From: Geosiphon pyriformis uo1
Taxonomy: Eukaryota; Fungi; Glomeromycota
Assembly (NCBI GenBank): GCA_016748015.1
Contig: JAAOMT010000571.1
Coordinates: forward strand, 871,095 to 935,094
Reading direction: 5' to 3'
Length of the DNA stretch: 64,000 bases
Below the pieces are notes generated by a model that had not been told where the DNA came from, did no database searches, and was given only the letters and a program-made list of their open reading frames with translations. A program made the translations under genes and the position numbers. Shown here piece after piece: positions 49,701-61,515 of the stretch (within the stretch, counting starts at the first letter, position 1; every line of letters starts with the position of its first letter).

Positions 49701-52367
49701 TTCGATAACTGACTATGGGTTGGAGAACTGCCGACACCAAGTATAAGAATTGTTTATTAGAGACAGCCTTTTTTAGAACCAAATTGACAAAAAATCGAAC
49801 ATCCAAATGTGCTTTAGCTAAACTAGGTCTTGAAAGACCCTCAGTTGAAAGAAAAATACCCAGATACCAATGAGATTCCTCCTTTTTGGCAATAGAGATA
49901 AGTGAACCACTAATAAAAAGAGAAGGACTACTGACCCGGCTATTGATCAGAATGACCACTGTTTTGTCATTATTAATTGAGATATTATTAATCTGAAAAA
50001 ATTCACTGGCAATATTAAGAATATATTGAGTAGCAGTCTGATTGCTACCAACCCAAATTGTGTCATCGACAAAAGCTCCAGCAGCAAAAAAAAAGAAAGC
50101 CCAGCTTGAGATTCAGGACGACCACTTTTGGAGACAAAATGAGAGTTTAATCTGTATCTACATACATTTTCCTGTCTCTTGACTTCACACAAAAGAGAAT
50201 TGTAAAATATGTGTCACAGAAGTGGAGAGAAAACTTTTTCCTGATCCAAACCATCATGAACACAATAACTATCAGTCAAACCAAAATCTGTTATAACTCG
50301 ATTGGTATAATTCTTGTGAATATTACCAAAAAATTGAATGAATTTGCTATACATCTTAATCCTAATCAAACTTTTTTCGAGATGCTCCTAGCCGACTGAG
50401 TCATAAGTCTTTCGCATGTCCTGCAAAACCAGCCAGAGTTTCCAGTTCTTTTTCAAGGCATCCTTAACTACTAAACCAATAGCAAAAATGAGAGACTGAG
50501 TAGTTATACTTTTCAAAACCAAAAAATTGTCTCTATGAAGAACATTAAAAGCACTGTAAACTGTGGAAATCTTATCAGAAAGAACCTTAGAAAGAATCTT
50601 ACAAGTTGTCTCAAGTAATGCAATGGGATGTGTATTTGTTAAAATGCCTTTTCACTTATAAGGTTTGGGAATCATCAAGACCCAGGCCTCTTTCCAAGGA
50701 CTGGGTACAGATTCACCAGTCAAACAAGAATTTAAAAGCACCAATAACATGTCCAGAACCAGCTTATCACAATGTTTCTAAAGTTCATTAGATATATCCG
50801 ACAAACCAGCAGCTTTGCCATCAGGAAGATCAGAAACTACCCTAAACAATTCATCGAAACTGACTGAATCTATCACACCAGAAAAGACCTCATCAAAAAC
50901 ATATTCTAATAGATGGTATTGGCAGCACCAATCATCTGAGACACTATCAACTACCCAATGTTTTCTGGTCCAACTTTCCATGATTACATCTATCTTAGAC
51001 CTAACAAAATCAGGTTCCAAAATCAGTTCATTATTAACAACCAAGTGACCAAGCACCACCTTATGAAACGGACATTCAAACACACTTTTTATTATGTGAC
51101 CCCTATTCACTTCAAAACTTTCCATCTTTTTATCAATGACAGACCTAATATTTGTATCTTTAGCACACTGAAATTCAGCAAGCTTTAATGCATGATAGGA
51201 TTTTTTGGCACTTAAAAGAGCAGAACAAACATGACCAAAGTTCACACCAGAAGTTATCATAGACTGAATGACCAAAGCCCTATCACCGTCCAAAGAATTC
51301 CAATATCTTATGAGAGAATCGAAACACTTAACATCCTTTCTATGAGACGCTTTGATAATCCTAGAAACTAAAAGCTCCAACTTGTGAAACCTTGAAGATT
51401 CTTTGGTGAAGACCTCATCAAAGCCCCTGAACTACTTTTTTTTGAATACTTCATTCACCAAAAGAATCATAATTTTGCGAATAATCTCCCACATAGCATC
51501 TAGATCCAAAAACTTTTCTGACACACAAAACTCATTCACGAACATTGTGGTATTATCCAATGTAGCACACCTAAAATTAACCCATTTATTTTCATCAGCA
51601 CTCTTGAAATCAAATTTTTATCTGTCCCTGTTCACTTGTTTGCGAAGAGAGTTTAACTGTGTATCCAAAAGCCCACCCAAACCAAAAACACAGAAACAGC
51701 CTGATGATCCATGTCGAAATGTTTACTGACATTCAAAACATCATGATGCACTAGCACATTAACCAGATTAGGAGAAATGAACACGAAATTAATAGTTTTT
51801 TGAACACCTCTAGAATTTGTCCAAGTAGACATCTTCAAGGTCTGGTTCCTAACCAAAGCATTTACCAGCCCCAAATCAAGGCATTTTTTGAAACTAGCAC
51901 ACCTACAAGACTTATCTTCATTAAAATCACCACCAAGAATGACAAAAAAAGACTTATTAACAGTCCTTGTGATAAAAATATTGATCACATCAGCCTGAAA
52001 AAACTGAACTGCTGTAGATCCACCAGCATAGAGTTCCAAAATTGACACCGAAAGTTTGTTTTTGAAAAGCAATTTAATAGATAAGAGCCAATCCAACACC
52101 TCAGAGACTTTACATACATGCCTAGCTAAAGAAGAGTTCATAATAATTACAACACCAGCACTCAAATAACCAGAATCTAGACCAAAAGTAAACACCAACA
52201 AATCTGTTGGTTATCTAGGATTGTATTTTTTCTTTAAGCTTTAACTCTGTAACAATAGAAATAAGATTGTTCATGTCCTTGTGCCAATGAATGACATCAT
52301 CTTGTTTTGTAGAATTGTTCATTCCATAAACATTGTATGTGGCAATTTTCTAGATCAGCTTACTTAT
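46702..52367 (-). pseudogene. LINE-5 ORF2 (APE-RT-RNase H-zinc knuckle), split by a solo LTR
   Basis: LGGDFNE, intact FVDDTIW, VYTDGS..AELQ..LDSQ, WHKVKGHSG, CLYC..HVFFC. Confidence 0.92.
47364..48346 (-). repeat. Solo LTR of Gypsy family B in LINE-5 ORF2
   Basis: TGTTACC..GGTAACA termini; homologous to 61516-62528. Flanks CTGG and CCAG, both derivable from a CCGG TSD. Confidence 0.93.
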
Positions 52368-52761
52368 TGAGAAGAGGTTTGTAAGGACACACTACTTGCT
52401 AAAACCAAATCATTAAAGCAGGCAGATAAGCTCAAAACAGATTTGGAAAGTCCTTCCAATATTTTCTCCAACTTAACAACATGGAGGGATGCCGAAAGAT
52501 CCACAATTGTAGCAGTCTCATTACTAGTGGCTTCACCCAAATCCACTCCCATCATTGTATTCTCTTTTTGAATCTGAAATGGAGGGGTCACCAACAGCTG
52601 ACATCTAAGGCTAGGCTGAGAAACCACTAGTACAAGTGAATCTAACCTCTTAGTCAACTCACTAATCTGACCTGTGAGGTTGATGAGACTGCTTTCAATA
52701 CTGATTAGACAAATCTCTAAAACACTACTAACAGGAGGGATAGATTTACTACTATTGATGG

Positions 52762-53576
52762 TGTTACCAGAGGTTTTTGGTCTCTTTTCTTAAATGTTGG
52801 TAATGTTGATTTGCTGTGAATTCATGTTTTCAGGAAGTAGTTGAACCTCCAATAACTGAATTTATCTTCAAATTATCTTCTATAATCTGAACTGCTGGGC
52901 TTATAAATGGAATGGCCAATTTCTTGCCAGTTATTTTATGTAGTTATGTTGTAGTAAACATCAACTCTTTCCCAGGAATTGCTCGTCTGGAAGCTCACTA
53001 AAATGTGTAGTTACTTTGCTGTGAAAGTCAACTCTTCTACAGGAATCTTGTCTGTAGGCTACCCTAATGATTGTAATAAGAAAAAAAAAGAAAAANNNNN
53101 NNNNNNNNNNNNNNNATCTAAAGTAAGATACATTTTCCAAAAGAGAAAAGCTCTTTTTTTATACAACTTGTTGTAGTACTAGTCTATGAACTTGCACTTT
53201 TTCTCTTTGCTCAAATTTCGGCAAACTAAAAATACATTTTGATGAACTACAAGTTATTTCGCTAAACTATTGATTAATTTGGGTGAACTATTCATAATTT
53301 CGGCAAATTTCTGTAAATTTCGGCGAATTTCTTATAAATTTCGGCGAATTTCTGTAAATTTTGGCAAGTTTTTGAATGTTACAAAGTTCAGGGTATTGTG
53401 TAATTTGATCATCCTACTTTCTGTTATACTAATTAGATTATTTTAATTGAATTGTGATATGTGATGATTGATTAAATAATAAATGATAATTTGAAATGAT
53501 ATTAATATACTGATTAATTATAGAAATTATAAGGGTAATTTCATGCTAATTAATAGCTAAAATTCTACTGGTAACA
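52762..53576 (-). repeat. Gypsy-B 3' LTR (contains assembly gap 53096-53115)
   Basis: Copy of the 5' LTR; preceded on the minus strand by PPT GAGGAGGAGATTA (53577-53589). Confidence 0.95.
53096..53115. other. Assembly gap (20 N)
   Basis: Run of N. Confidence 1.
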
Positions 53577-54264
53577 TAATCTCCTCCTCAAGACTGAACT
53601 TCGTCAAAGTCCAAGCACTATCTGTAATATTGAGATAGTGATCTAAAATAATTGAAGTAATCTGGTCTGAAAATTGTTGAAATTTCAGTTCTGTGAGTTT
53701 ACCAATGTATTGGACTTTCATTGATTGCAGTATTGGATTTTGTAGAACATTTTCACAAGTATTAAACAAGTCATAGAGTCTAAGAGCTGCTCTAAGTTTG
53801 TAGTGAGTGTTTGTTGGTTCAGCTGCTGTTTTGAATTCATTGTGGATTTGTTTTTGTATAGCTTCAGGAGTGAGATTTGTTGCTTCAAGTTCCAGTTTTC
53901 GTTCATAAAGTGTTTTTCCAATGTGAAAGTATTTATAGATAGGGGTGTGTTCATTGTTCTGTTCATTGAAAAGTAGTAGAAGTTTTTGTTGCATTGTAGC
54001 ATTTGGTGGAATGTCAATAGGGGCAATTAAAAGATTTTCTTCTAGTGCTTGCTTCAAAAGTCTTGGTAATCTATTTTCAGAGTGACTTCTTGTTTTTCTT
54101 CTATAGGGGTAATAGTTCTGTAAATGATTTGCTACTGGGACTGTGGTTTCTTTTTGAATGTAATTAATTTGACTTCCATTAATTGTTATAGATAAGTCAG
54201 GGAGTGTTTTCAAGGCTAACATTAATTTTTGGGATATTTGTTGAATGTTTTGGGGAATAATCAT
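53557..54264 (-). CDS. Gypsy-B ORF3, uninterrupted 235-aa protein of unknown function
   Basis: Open ATG-to-stop ORF after integrase, running through the PPT into the LTR; homologous to Gypsy-A ORF3. Confidence 0.75.
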   Translation of the reverse strand: MIIPQNIQQISQKLMLALKTLPDLSITINGSQINYIQKETTVPVANHLQNYYPYRRKTRSHSENRLPRLLKQALEENLLIAPIDIPPNATMQQKLLLLFNEQNNEHTPIYKYFHIGKTLYERKLELEATNLTPEAIQKQIHNEFKTAAEPTNTHYKLRAALRLYDLFNTCENVLQNPILQSMKVQYIGKLTELKFQQFSDQITSIILDHYLNITDSAWTLTKFSLEEEIMLPVEF

Positions 54265-54409
54265 GATAAAATTGACTATTTATCAAAAGAGAGAATAAAG
54301 AAAATTATTTTTGGATATGGGGTTTTTATTTGTTTTTGGGTTTGGGTGTTTTGTAATTATTTACTATTTTTGTCTTTGTGTTTTTATTAGAGAATTATTG
54401 TAAAATTTA

Positions 54410-55700
54410 AGTGTTCAAGTTTGGTTGTTGTTCTATTATAATTATTGGTTCTAAATTTTGGGGAATATCTTCAGGATTAATTAAAGAGGAATGTGTACCA
54501 ATTTGTGGAATTAATGGTTCAGGATTGTTTTTGGAACAATAGTGTTTCAATCTGTCTCTATGTGCAACTTTTGCTAATATTTTGTCATCAAGTCTTAACT
54601 TGTATGATCCATTGTCTAGAATTTTGTGAATATAAAATGATCCATCCCATTTGTTTTCAAATTTCCCACTCCATTGTTTTTCAGCCTTAGTTCTGTGTAA
54701 GAGAACTTTATTTCCAACTTTAAATTCATTGGTAATAGGTGGTAATTTGTTGTCATGTCTTTCTTTTTGTTGAGCTTGGGAATGTTCAATATGAGTTGTT
54801 GCTATTCTTCTTTTTCCTTCCAGTGTACTAAGAAGAGTGTAAACTCTTCTTTAAAGTGTCTCTTGAAAGTTTTCTTCATTGATTGGTTGCACTGAATATG
54901 TTTCCACTGTGAAATTAATTGGTAATGTTGCTGTCCTTCCATAAGTAAGATCAAATGGTGTGTGTTTTGTAGTATCTTGTTTTAGTGTTCTGTATGTTAG
55001 TAACACTGATGGAATAAAGATATCCCATTCCTGCTCAAAGTCTGTTGAGACTTTGGCTAGAGATTCACACAATGTTCTATTAAAATGTTCTATAAGTCCA
55101 TTTGTTTGAGGGTGATAAGGTGATGATAGAGGTCTTTTGACATTGAACCGTTCACAAATTTCTTGTATCAAGTTGTTCACAAAATGTGTTCCTTGATCAG
55201 ATAAGAGTTCAATTAGGCATTCATGTCTACAGATAATGTCTTCATAGATGAAATTTGCTACTGATTTTGCATCTGCTCTTTGGATGGCTCTAGCTTCAAG
55301 CCATTTGGTAAGATAATTCACTGCAACTACAATATAACAATTTCCTTGGGTTGTGATAGGTAATGGTCCAACTAAATCAATTCCAACTCTGTCAAAAGGT
55401 TGTCCAACTTTGATTGGATTTAAAGATTCTGTGGGATGAGTTCCTCTTCTTTTTTGACAGCTATCACAAGATTCTACATATTGTTGAATGTTTTTTTGCA
55501 TGTAAGGCCAAAAATAATGTTCAAGGGTTCTTTGAATTGTTCCCTCTTTTCCCAAGTGTGCTGAAGACGAATCTGTGTACATGTTATATAAAATTGTTTC
55601 TTTTTCATTCTCTTGTACTAATCTGAGTGGCTGGTTTGGTTTCTGTGATTTTTATAATAGATTTTGTTCTGGTATATGAAATATTGTTTTGATTGGTGTT
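54410..55700 (-). pseudogene. Gypsy-B integrase
   Basis: AHLG..YFWP..CDSCQ, GIDLVGP, LSDQG, YHPQTNGLIE, WDGSF tail. Confidence 0.95.
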
Positions 55701-55849
55701 GTAAGCAGTGTTTTTCACTTGGAGACCAGTTTTCTGGCATGGTAAGAGTCTTCAAATAATTTTTAAGATTGCTGTAATTTCTGGGATCTATTCTTGTTTG
55801 GTTATTTTGTTGGTAAGTTGGTAAGTTGTGGTAGAATTGTTGTTGGTAT

Positions 55850-57170
55850 TAATCTTATCTCATTCTTGAAAGGCTATCAACATTGGTATGTAGTTTTTCT
55901 GGTTTGTAATATACAATATATCTGTAGTCTGCTAGGAAGTCATTTCATTGAGACTGTTTGGCACTTTGTTCAGTTTTCTTTTTATTGAGCCATTTGAGGC
56001 CAATGTTGTCTGTTATTATGTCAAATTCTTTTCCATTTTTCAGATATTGTTGAAAATGTTTAAGAGCCCAAATAACTGCGGCAGCTTCTAATTCAGTTAA
56101 GCCGTATTTTAGTTCTGTTGGTTTGAGTGTTCTACTAGTATAAGCGATGACTTGTTCTTGCTCCTTTTCATCTATTTGTGATAAGATAACACCAAATGCT
56201 ATGTGTGAAGCATCAGTGGCTAGTTGAAATCGTTTGTTGAAGTCTGGGTAAGCAAGAACTGGAGCTGTTGTCAGTTTTGTTTTGAGAGTTTTAAATGCTT
56301 TTTGTTGTTCTTCAGTCCATTTGTATGACACATTTTTATTGGTAAGATAATTGAGTGGTTTGGCAATTTCTGAGAATTCTTTGATGAATTTTCGATAATA
56401 GGAGGCTAATTCTACAAATCCTCATAGCTCTGTGGTATTTTTTGGGGTTTGGAAGTTTTAGACAGCACTAATTGTTCCAGGATTTGGTTTGACTCCATCT
56501 TTGCTAACCATGTGTTCAAGAAAGATTAAGCTTGTTTTTCCAAAGTGATATTTCTCAATATTCAATTTTAATCCTGTTTTTCATAGTCATTGAAAAACTT
56601 CTTGCAGATGAATAAGATGGGCTTCAAAGCTTGGTAAGTATACATCAGTGTTATCAAGGTAAACAACTACTGATTGCCATAAAAGTTTTTCATATACAAC
56701 ATCCATGAGTTATTGAAATGTTGCTGGTGCATTGCAGAGTCCAAAAGGCATAACATTGAACTCATAGTTTCCTCCTTGGGTGGTGAATGCTGTTTTGAGT
56801 CAGTCTTTTGGATCCATTTCGACTTGCCAGTATCTACTTTCCAAGTCTAAAGTTGAGAAGAACTTGGCTTTTCCTAGAGCATCTAGCATGTCATCAATTC
56901 TTGGAAAAGGGTAGGCATCTCCAATTGTAATACTATTCAGTTGTCTATAATTGACACAGAATCTGATTTTTCTGTTTTTCTTTTTAACTAAAACTACTGG
57001 TGAGGCCCAAGGACTTCTTGATGGTTGAATTAATCCGTTATTGAGCATTCTTTGGACCTCTTCTCTGATAAATTGGTGGCTGGCAGGTGGCACTCAATAG
57101 GCTTGTTGACATTTGGTGGAGCATCTCCTGTATGAATCTGATGTTGAACAATGTTTGTTTTTCCCAAGTC
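55850..57170 (-). pseudogene. pol: Gypsy-B reverse transcriptase and RNase H
   Basis: PWASPVVLV, FCVNYRQLN, YWQV, MPFGLCNAPATFQ, YLDN (YLDD mutated), TDAS, ELEAAAV, TDN. Confidence 0.95.
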
Positions 57171-57694
57171 ATTGTTGTCTTTTGCAAATATATCTGCAAA
57201 TTCAGCTATCAATTGTTTCAATTGTCTTTGTTGTTGAGGTTTTAAGGAACCCATATTGATTCGAGAGAGTTTTTCTTCCAACAAGTGGTAGTTTTCAGTA
57301 GTGGAAATGATATTTGGATTTGGAAGTAGAGTGTGCTTTACAATTTCGATGAAATTAGAGACAATTTGAGGGTTTTCATCTTGAAAGATATTGCTGTGTA
57401 TGATTCCAATTTCTAATTTGTTTAATAAGACAATAGGGTAATTATTGGAGTTGTAGAATATAACTCAAAATTTTTTCATTCCTTTGGAAATATAAACGTT
57501 TGGAATTGATATTTCATGCTTCAAACAAATTTGTTCATTGGATTCAAAGATTTGTTGGGTAGTAGTGGGTTTTGAGCAAGTGTAAATTTTGTGATGTTCT
57601 CCAAAAGATGAAATGGTAATTGGTTGAGGAAGTTGAAGAATCTGGTGAGATTTATTTTGTGTATTAAGAGCTATGTTTACTGGAACTGTAAATT

Positions 57695-58085
57695 GTCCAG
57701 TTGAACTGAAACCTTGAGTTTCTCTTTCACTTTTTCCCAATTGTTCTCTGTTGTTTATTAATTGTAAACTCGAAATGTTGATTAAGGGTAAGTAAATTGC
57801 TTGAGCAATTTTTTCAGCATGTTCAATTTTGAATGGTTTGTCTGTCTTATTCTGTAACATAATGGTAATGTCTCCAGTGTATTCTGCATCTATAATTCCT
57901 CCTCTAATATTGATTCCTTTGTTTGCCAATAATGATCTGGAGGCAATTTGAATCATTGCTCCTGGTGGAATTTCAAGAGCAATTTTGAGATTGATTTTTG
58001 TCAAAGATTTTGGTTGGAGAATTAAAGTATCTTTTTCTGGGTATCTTAGGTCATATCCAGCATCAATTTTGTATGCTTTTTCTGG
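57695..58085 (-). pseudogene. dut: Gypsy-B dUTPase domain
   Basis: DAGYDL / SRSLLA / GIIDAEYTG / EKIAQ / RETQGFSSTG within ORF 57465-58640. Confidence 0.93.
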
Positions 58086-58239
58086 TCTGATTCTTTGGCC
58101 ATGGTTGTCAAAATATTTAAGTTGTAGAGATGGTTGCTTTTCAAGAAGATAAATGGGAGTAGTTGGTAATTCTTCTACTAGTTCAGATACTCCAAATTCG
58201 ATTTCATTTTCATCATTCCCATCTGGCAGAGGAATGCTA

Positions 58240-58845
58240 AGAGCATAATATTCTAAACACCATTGGTCGTTACAAGGCATAATACATTCTTCACACAATT
58301 GAATGTTCATTTGTTCTAATTGTTGAATTTGAGCTTCTTTGGTTGGATATGTGTGGCTTGCAATTTGGTGGTATGTTTCTACTTCATCTTCATAATCAAA
58401 TCCAGCTAATTTCATGGTATACTCAATATATTCAGCTTCTTTCATTTGGTGGACATCTTCTTGGGTGGCTCCATTAATCAATGCCATTGGTAGGTTAAAA
58501 ATCATTTCAGCATTGTGAGAGTAGTGGTAAAGTTTATTGAAAGCACTGTTGTATACTGCATTAAATGGTGTTCCTCTTCTGACTTTTTTCGAAATTGATA
58601 GAGCATATTGACAGGTTTGATCACATACTCCTCCTCTCATTGCTATATCAATCTAATTGCATTCTTCTAATAGCATTTCTCCACATGTAAGGCAAGGTGT
58701 GTTGTCCCATTTTCCACTTCTTTTTGGAGATCCAAATCATTCTCTATGGCATGTTTTGCAAAAGTAACAGGTATGAGTTTTATATTCCTCTTCTGGAGAA
58801 ATACATGCTCCTATTGATGAAAGTTTTTTGTTGCAATCTTTGCAT
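58240..58845 (-). pseudogene. Gypsy-B Cys-rich putative zinc-finger module
   Basis: CKDC-x24-CKTC; CLTC-x19-CDQTC; CEECIMPCNDQWCLE(C>Y). Confidence 0.7.
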
Positions 58846-59118
58846 TTGAGTGGAATATAGGGTGGTTGTTTCTGTGGTTCTGGTATAGAATATCTAACTT
58901 TCTTTTATCCCCTTGATTCTTCAAAAATTTCTTGTTCTGTTTCTTCAGCCCAATTGGATGTTAATCCAAGAGCCATGTAGGTTTCAGTAAGTGGCATTTC
59001 TTTCTTCTCTTCAAATTCAAATACTGGAGCTTTTTTTGATCATTTGTTAAAGGTACCACAGGTTGCAGAGTACTATGGTATATTGTTCTTGGTATGAGAT
59101 TTTAAGTTCTTGAGTTTT

Positions 59119-59421
59119 CTAGTTCAGGTTTGCATTGGCCTTGAGAAGCCAATCATTTCTAACTAAAGCTTGGTATTGGGGTGCATCTATAACAAGAACT
59201 TTAACTGGAATGGTGATTCTATCAATTGAAAAAAAGAAATCATCAATTTCTCTTACTGGGGTCTTCTTCATACCATTAGCTGTGACAATAACTGTTTGAG
59301 CTGGTCTGTCTACATTTTGTTTGAGTTGTTGCATCAGCTGGTAAGTGATAATACTTCCAGCTGATCCATTATCTAAGATTAAGTGAATGGGTTTTCCTTC
59401 CATTGTAGCTTCTGTGTACAT
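59119..59421 (-). pseudogene. Gypsy-B aspartic protease
   Basis: IHLILDNGSAGSII ... ALVRNDWL. Confidence 0.88.
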
Positions 59422-59699
59422 AGCAGTAATTGCTTTCTGTTCATTGACTGCTGCATTACTAAGCTGAAATGGTGATTTATTTGCTTCAAATTCAAATGGA
59501 AATATGTCTGACAGATTGGCATTTTGGGCAATTTGAGCTGGTGGAATGGTGTGATTGGAAGGGTTTGATCTTGGTGCTGCAACTTCACCTTCAGAAAGTA
59601 CAGTTTGTTGAAAATCCGATTCCTCTGGTATTGTAAGATAACTGGGTTGAGTGTGATAGTGATTGGGTCTTTGCTGACCCGAATTTCAGGGAACCAACT

Positions 59700-61515
59700 G
59701 GTTATTTGAATTGATTCTGTTGTGGTTATTCTGCAATTGATTTTGGGGTGTGAATTGGTTATGTTGAACTAATTTTCTTACTGGTATTTGATATTGTTGA
59801 GTGGGTAGTGTCTGATATGGCTGAATTGGTAAAAGTTGTTGATATTGTTGCTGTATTGATTGTGGAGCTGGTGGATAGTAGTTTTGATTTTGTGGTCTTG
59901 GTGAATAATAGGTTGGTGGTGGAGATTGGTAATAGGATTGTTGTGATAAAAAGTAACATTGATTACTCCTGTTTTGTTGGTCTCTTTGTTATTTCCTACA
60001 ATCTCGTTTCCAGTGTCCTGGAATTCCACAATAATAACAATTTTGAGATTGGTTGTTGGATGGTAATCCAAAATTGTTTTAGTTGCATTATTGTGGGGGT
60101 TGATATCTTTGTGGTTGTTGTTGCTGTTGTTGTTGGTTTGTGAAGTAGCTTTCAACTTTTTTTGTGAGTTGGTCTATCTTCTCTTCAGCTGCTGAGCTGG
60201 TTTCTCCAATTGCAAGATTTATAAGTTTGGTGTGATTTGCTTCTTCCATTGCTATTTCATAGCTCTTTGTATGTCTAATAGCAGTTGCTAAGTTTGCTGG
60301 AGCATGTGGACAGACTTTCTTAATCAGTTTGTCTTTTAACCCTGCTATAAACTGATCCAGAATTTGAGCATCAGAATAATAGTTATTGGTTTCCAATTGT
60401 CGGATTTGTCTGAGAAGTTTGTTAAATCTTCTAAGATAGATCATAACAGTTTCAGATGTTTCTTGTTTGATATTGCGAAAGTGGTTTCTGAGAGTGATAG
60501 AGATATTGTTATCAGTGAATTGTTATAGAAAAGCATCTTTGAATGCTTGCCAGTTTTCAAATGGTTCTTCTAAGTTTTCAAATCATTTTTCTGCTGTTTC
60601 TTGGAGAAAGTAGGGAATTGCTTTGAGCATTTTTGCTGCAATCCAACCATTTGCATCTCCTGCTTTTTGAACCTTGTCAAGCCATTCTTGAGGACTGGTA
60701 TTATTGTCTTCACCAGTAAATTCTGGAATTTTTGCAATGTAAGCAGTTGCCATTTCTTCTTCATTTTCTGTAATTTCTTCTGGTTCTGATTTAGTTCCTT
60801 CACTTTCCAAGCTTTCTGAAAGATTACTTTTGTTTTTTTGTAAGTAGTCAATGATATTGGCACTTGTTAATATTGGTTCCTGCTGTTGAGTAGGGTTTCT
60901 AGGTGACTGAAAATCTTCTGGTCTGGAGAAACAGTTGAGTGGTGAATTTAGTGTTTGTGATTAAACAAGTGAAATTGGAAAGAGTGTAATAGAAAGTGAT
61001 AATTTGACACTAATTCCTTGTTCAGGTGTTTGCAAGTGTTTGGCAAGTGTCTTTTGTAGTGTTGGAGTGTTTGAAGTGGTTCTTGAGTATTGCTTCAATC
61101 TTTGTTTGCCTTTGTTGCTTGTTTCTGTTTCTGATTCAAAGTCAAAAGAGTATTTAGACTGTACTGGGTATTTTTCTTCACAATACTCAATAATGTTAAA
61201 ATTAAGTTCTTGGAAGTAGGTGGCAAGTGTTTCACTGTTCAGGTCTTCTGTTCCCAATTGTAAATAGTGCACTAAATTATTGTAGAGGTTGCTTCTAACT
61301 TCTGAGATGTTGTAGTTTCCAAAAAGATAATTGTTGATGCGGTTTTTAATGTATTGGTATACTGATTTCTTAACAACTTCAATTCCGTCTGGAATGTTGA
61401 ATCTTTGCTTGCAGTGGGTGTAAATTGACTGGTAATACTCTAGAGTTGCTGTGTCTGGTGTGGTCACTACTTTGAATTTGTTGTTGCTGTGTTATTTCCG
61501 TGGAAGAGCACCAAA
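59700..61515 (-). pseudogene. gag: Gypsy-B gag
   Basis: N-terminal domain 60961-61467, KIPEFTGED..WLDK, QILDQFIAGL, CYYCGIPGHWKRDC knuckle. Confidence 0.88.
61496..61513 (-). promoter_or_regulatory. Gypsy-B primer binding site TGGTGCTCTTCCACGGAA
   Basis: 2 nt downstream of the 5' LTR on the minus strand. Confidence 0.8.
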
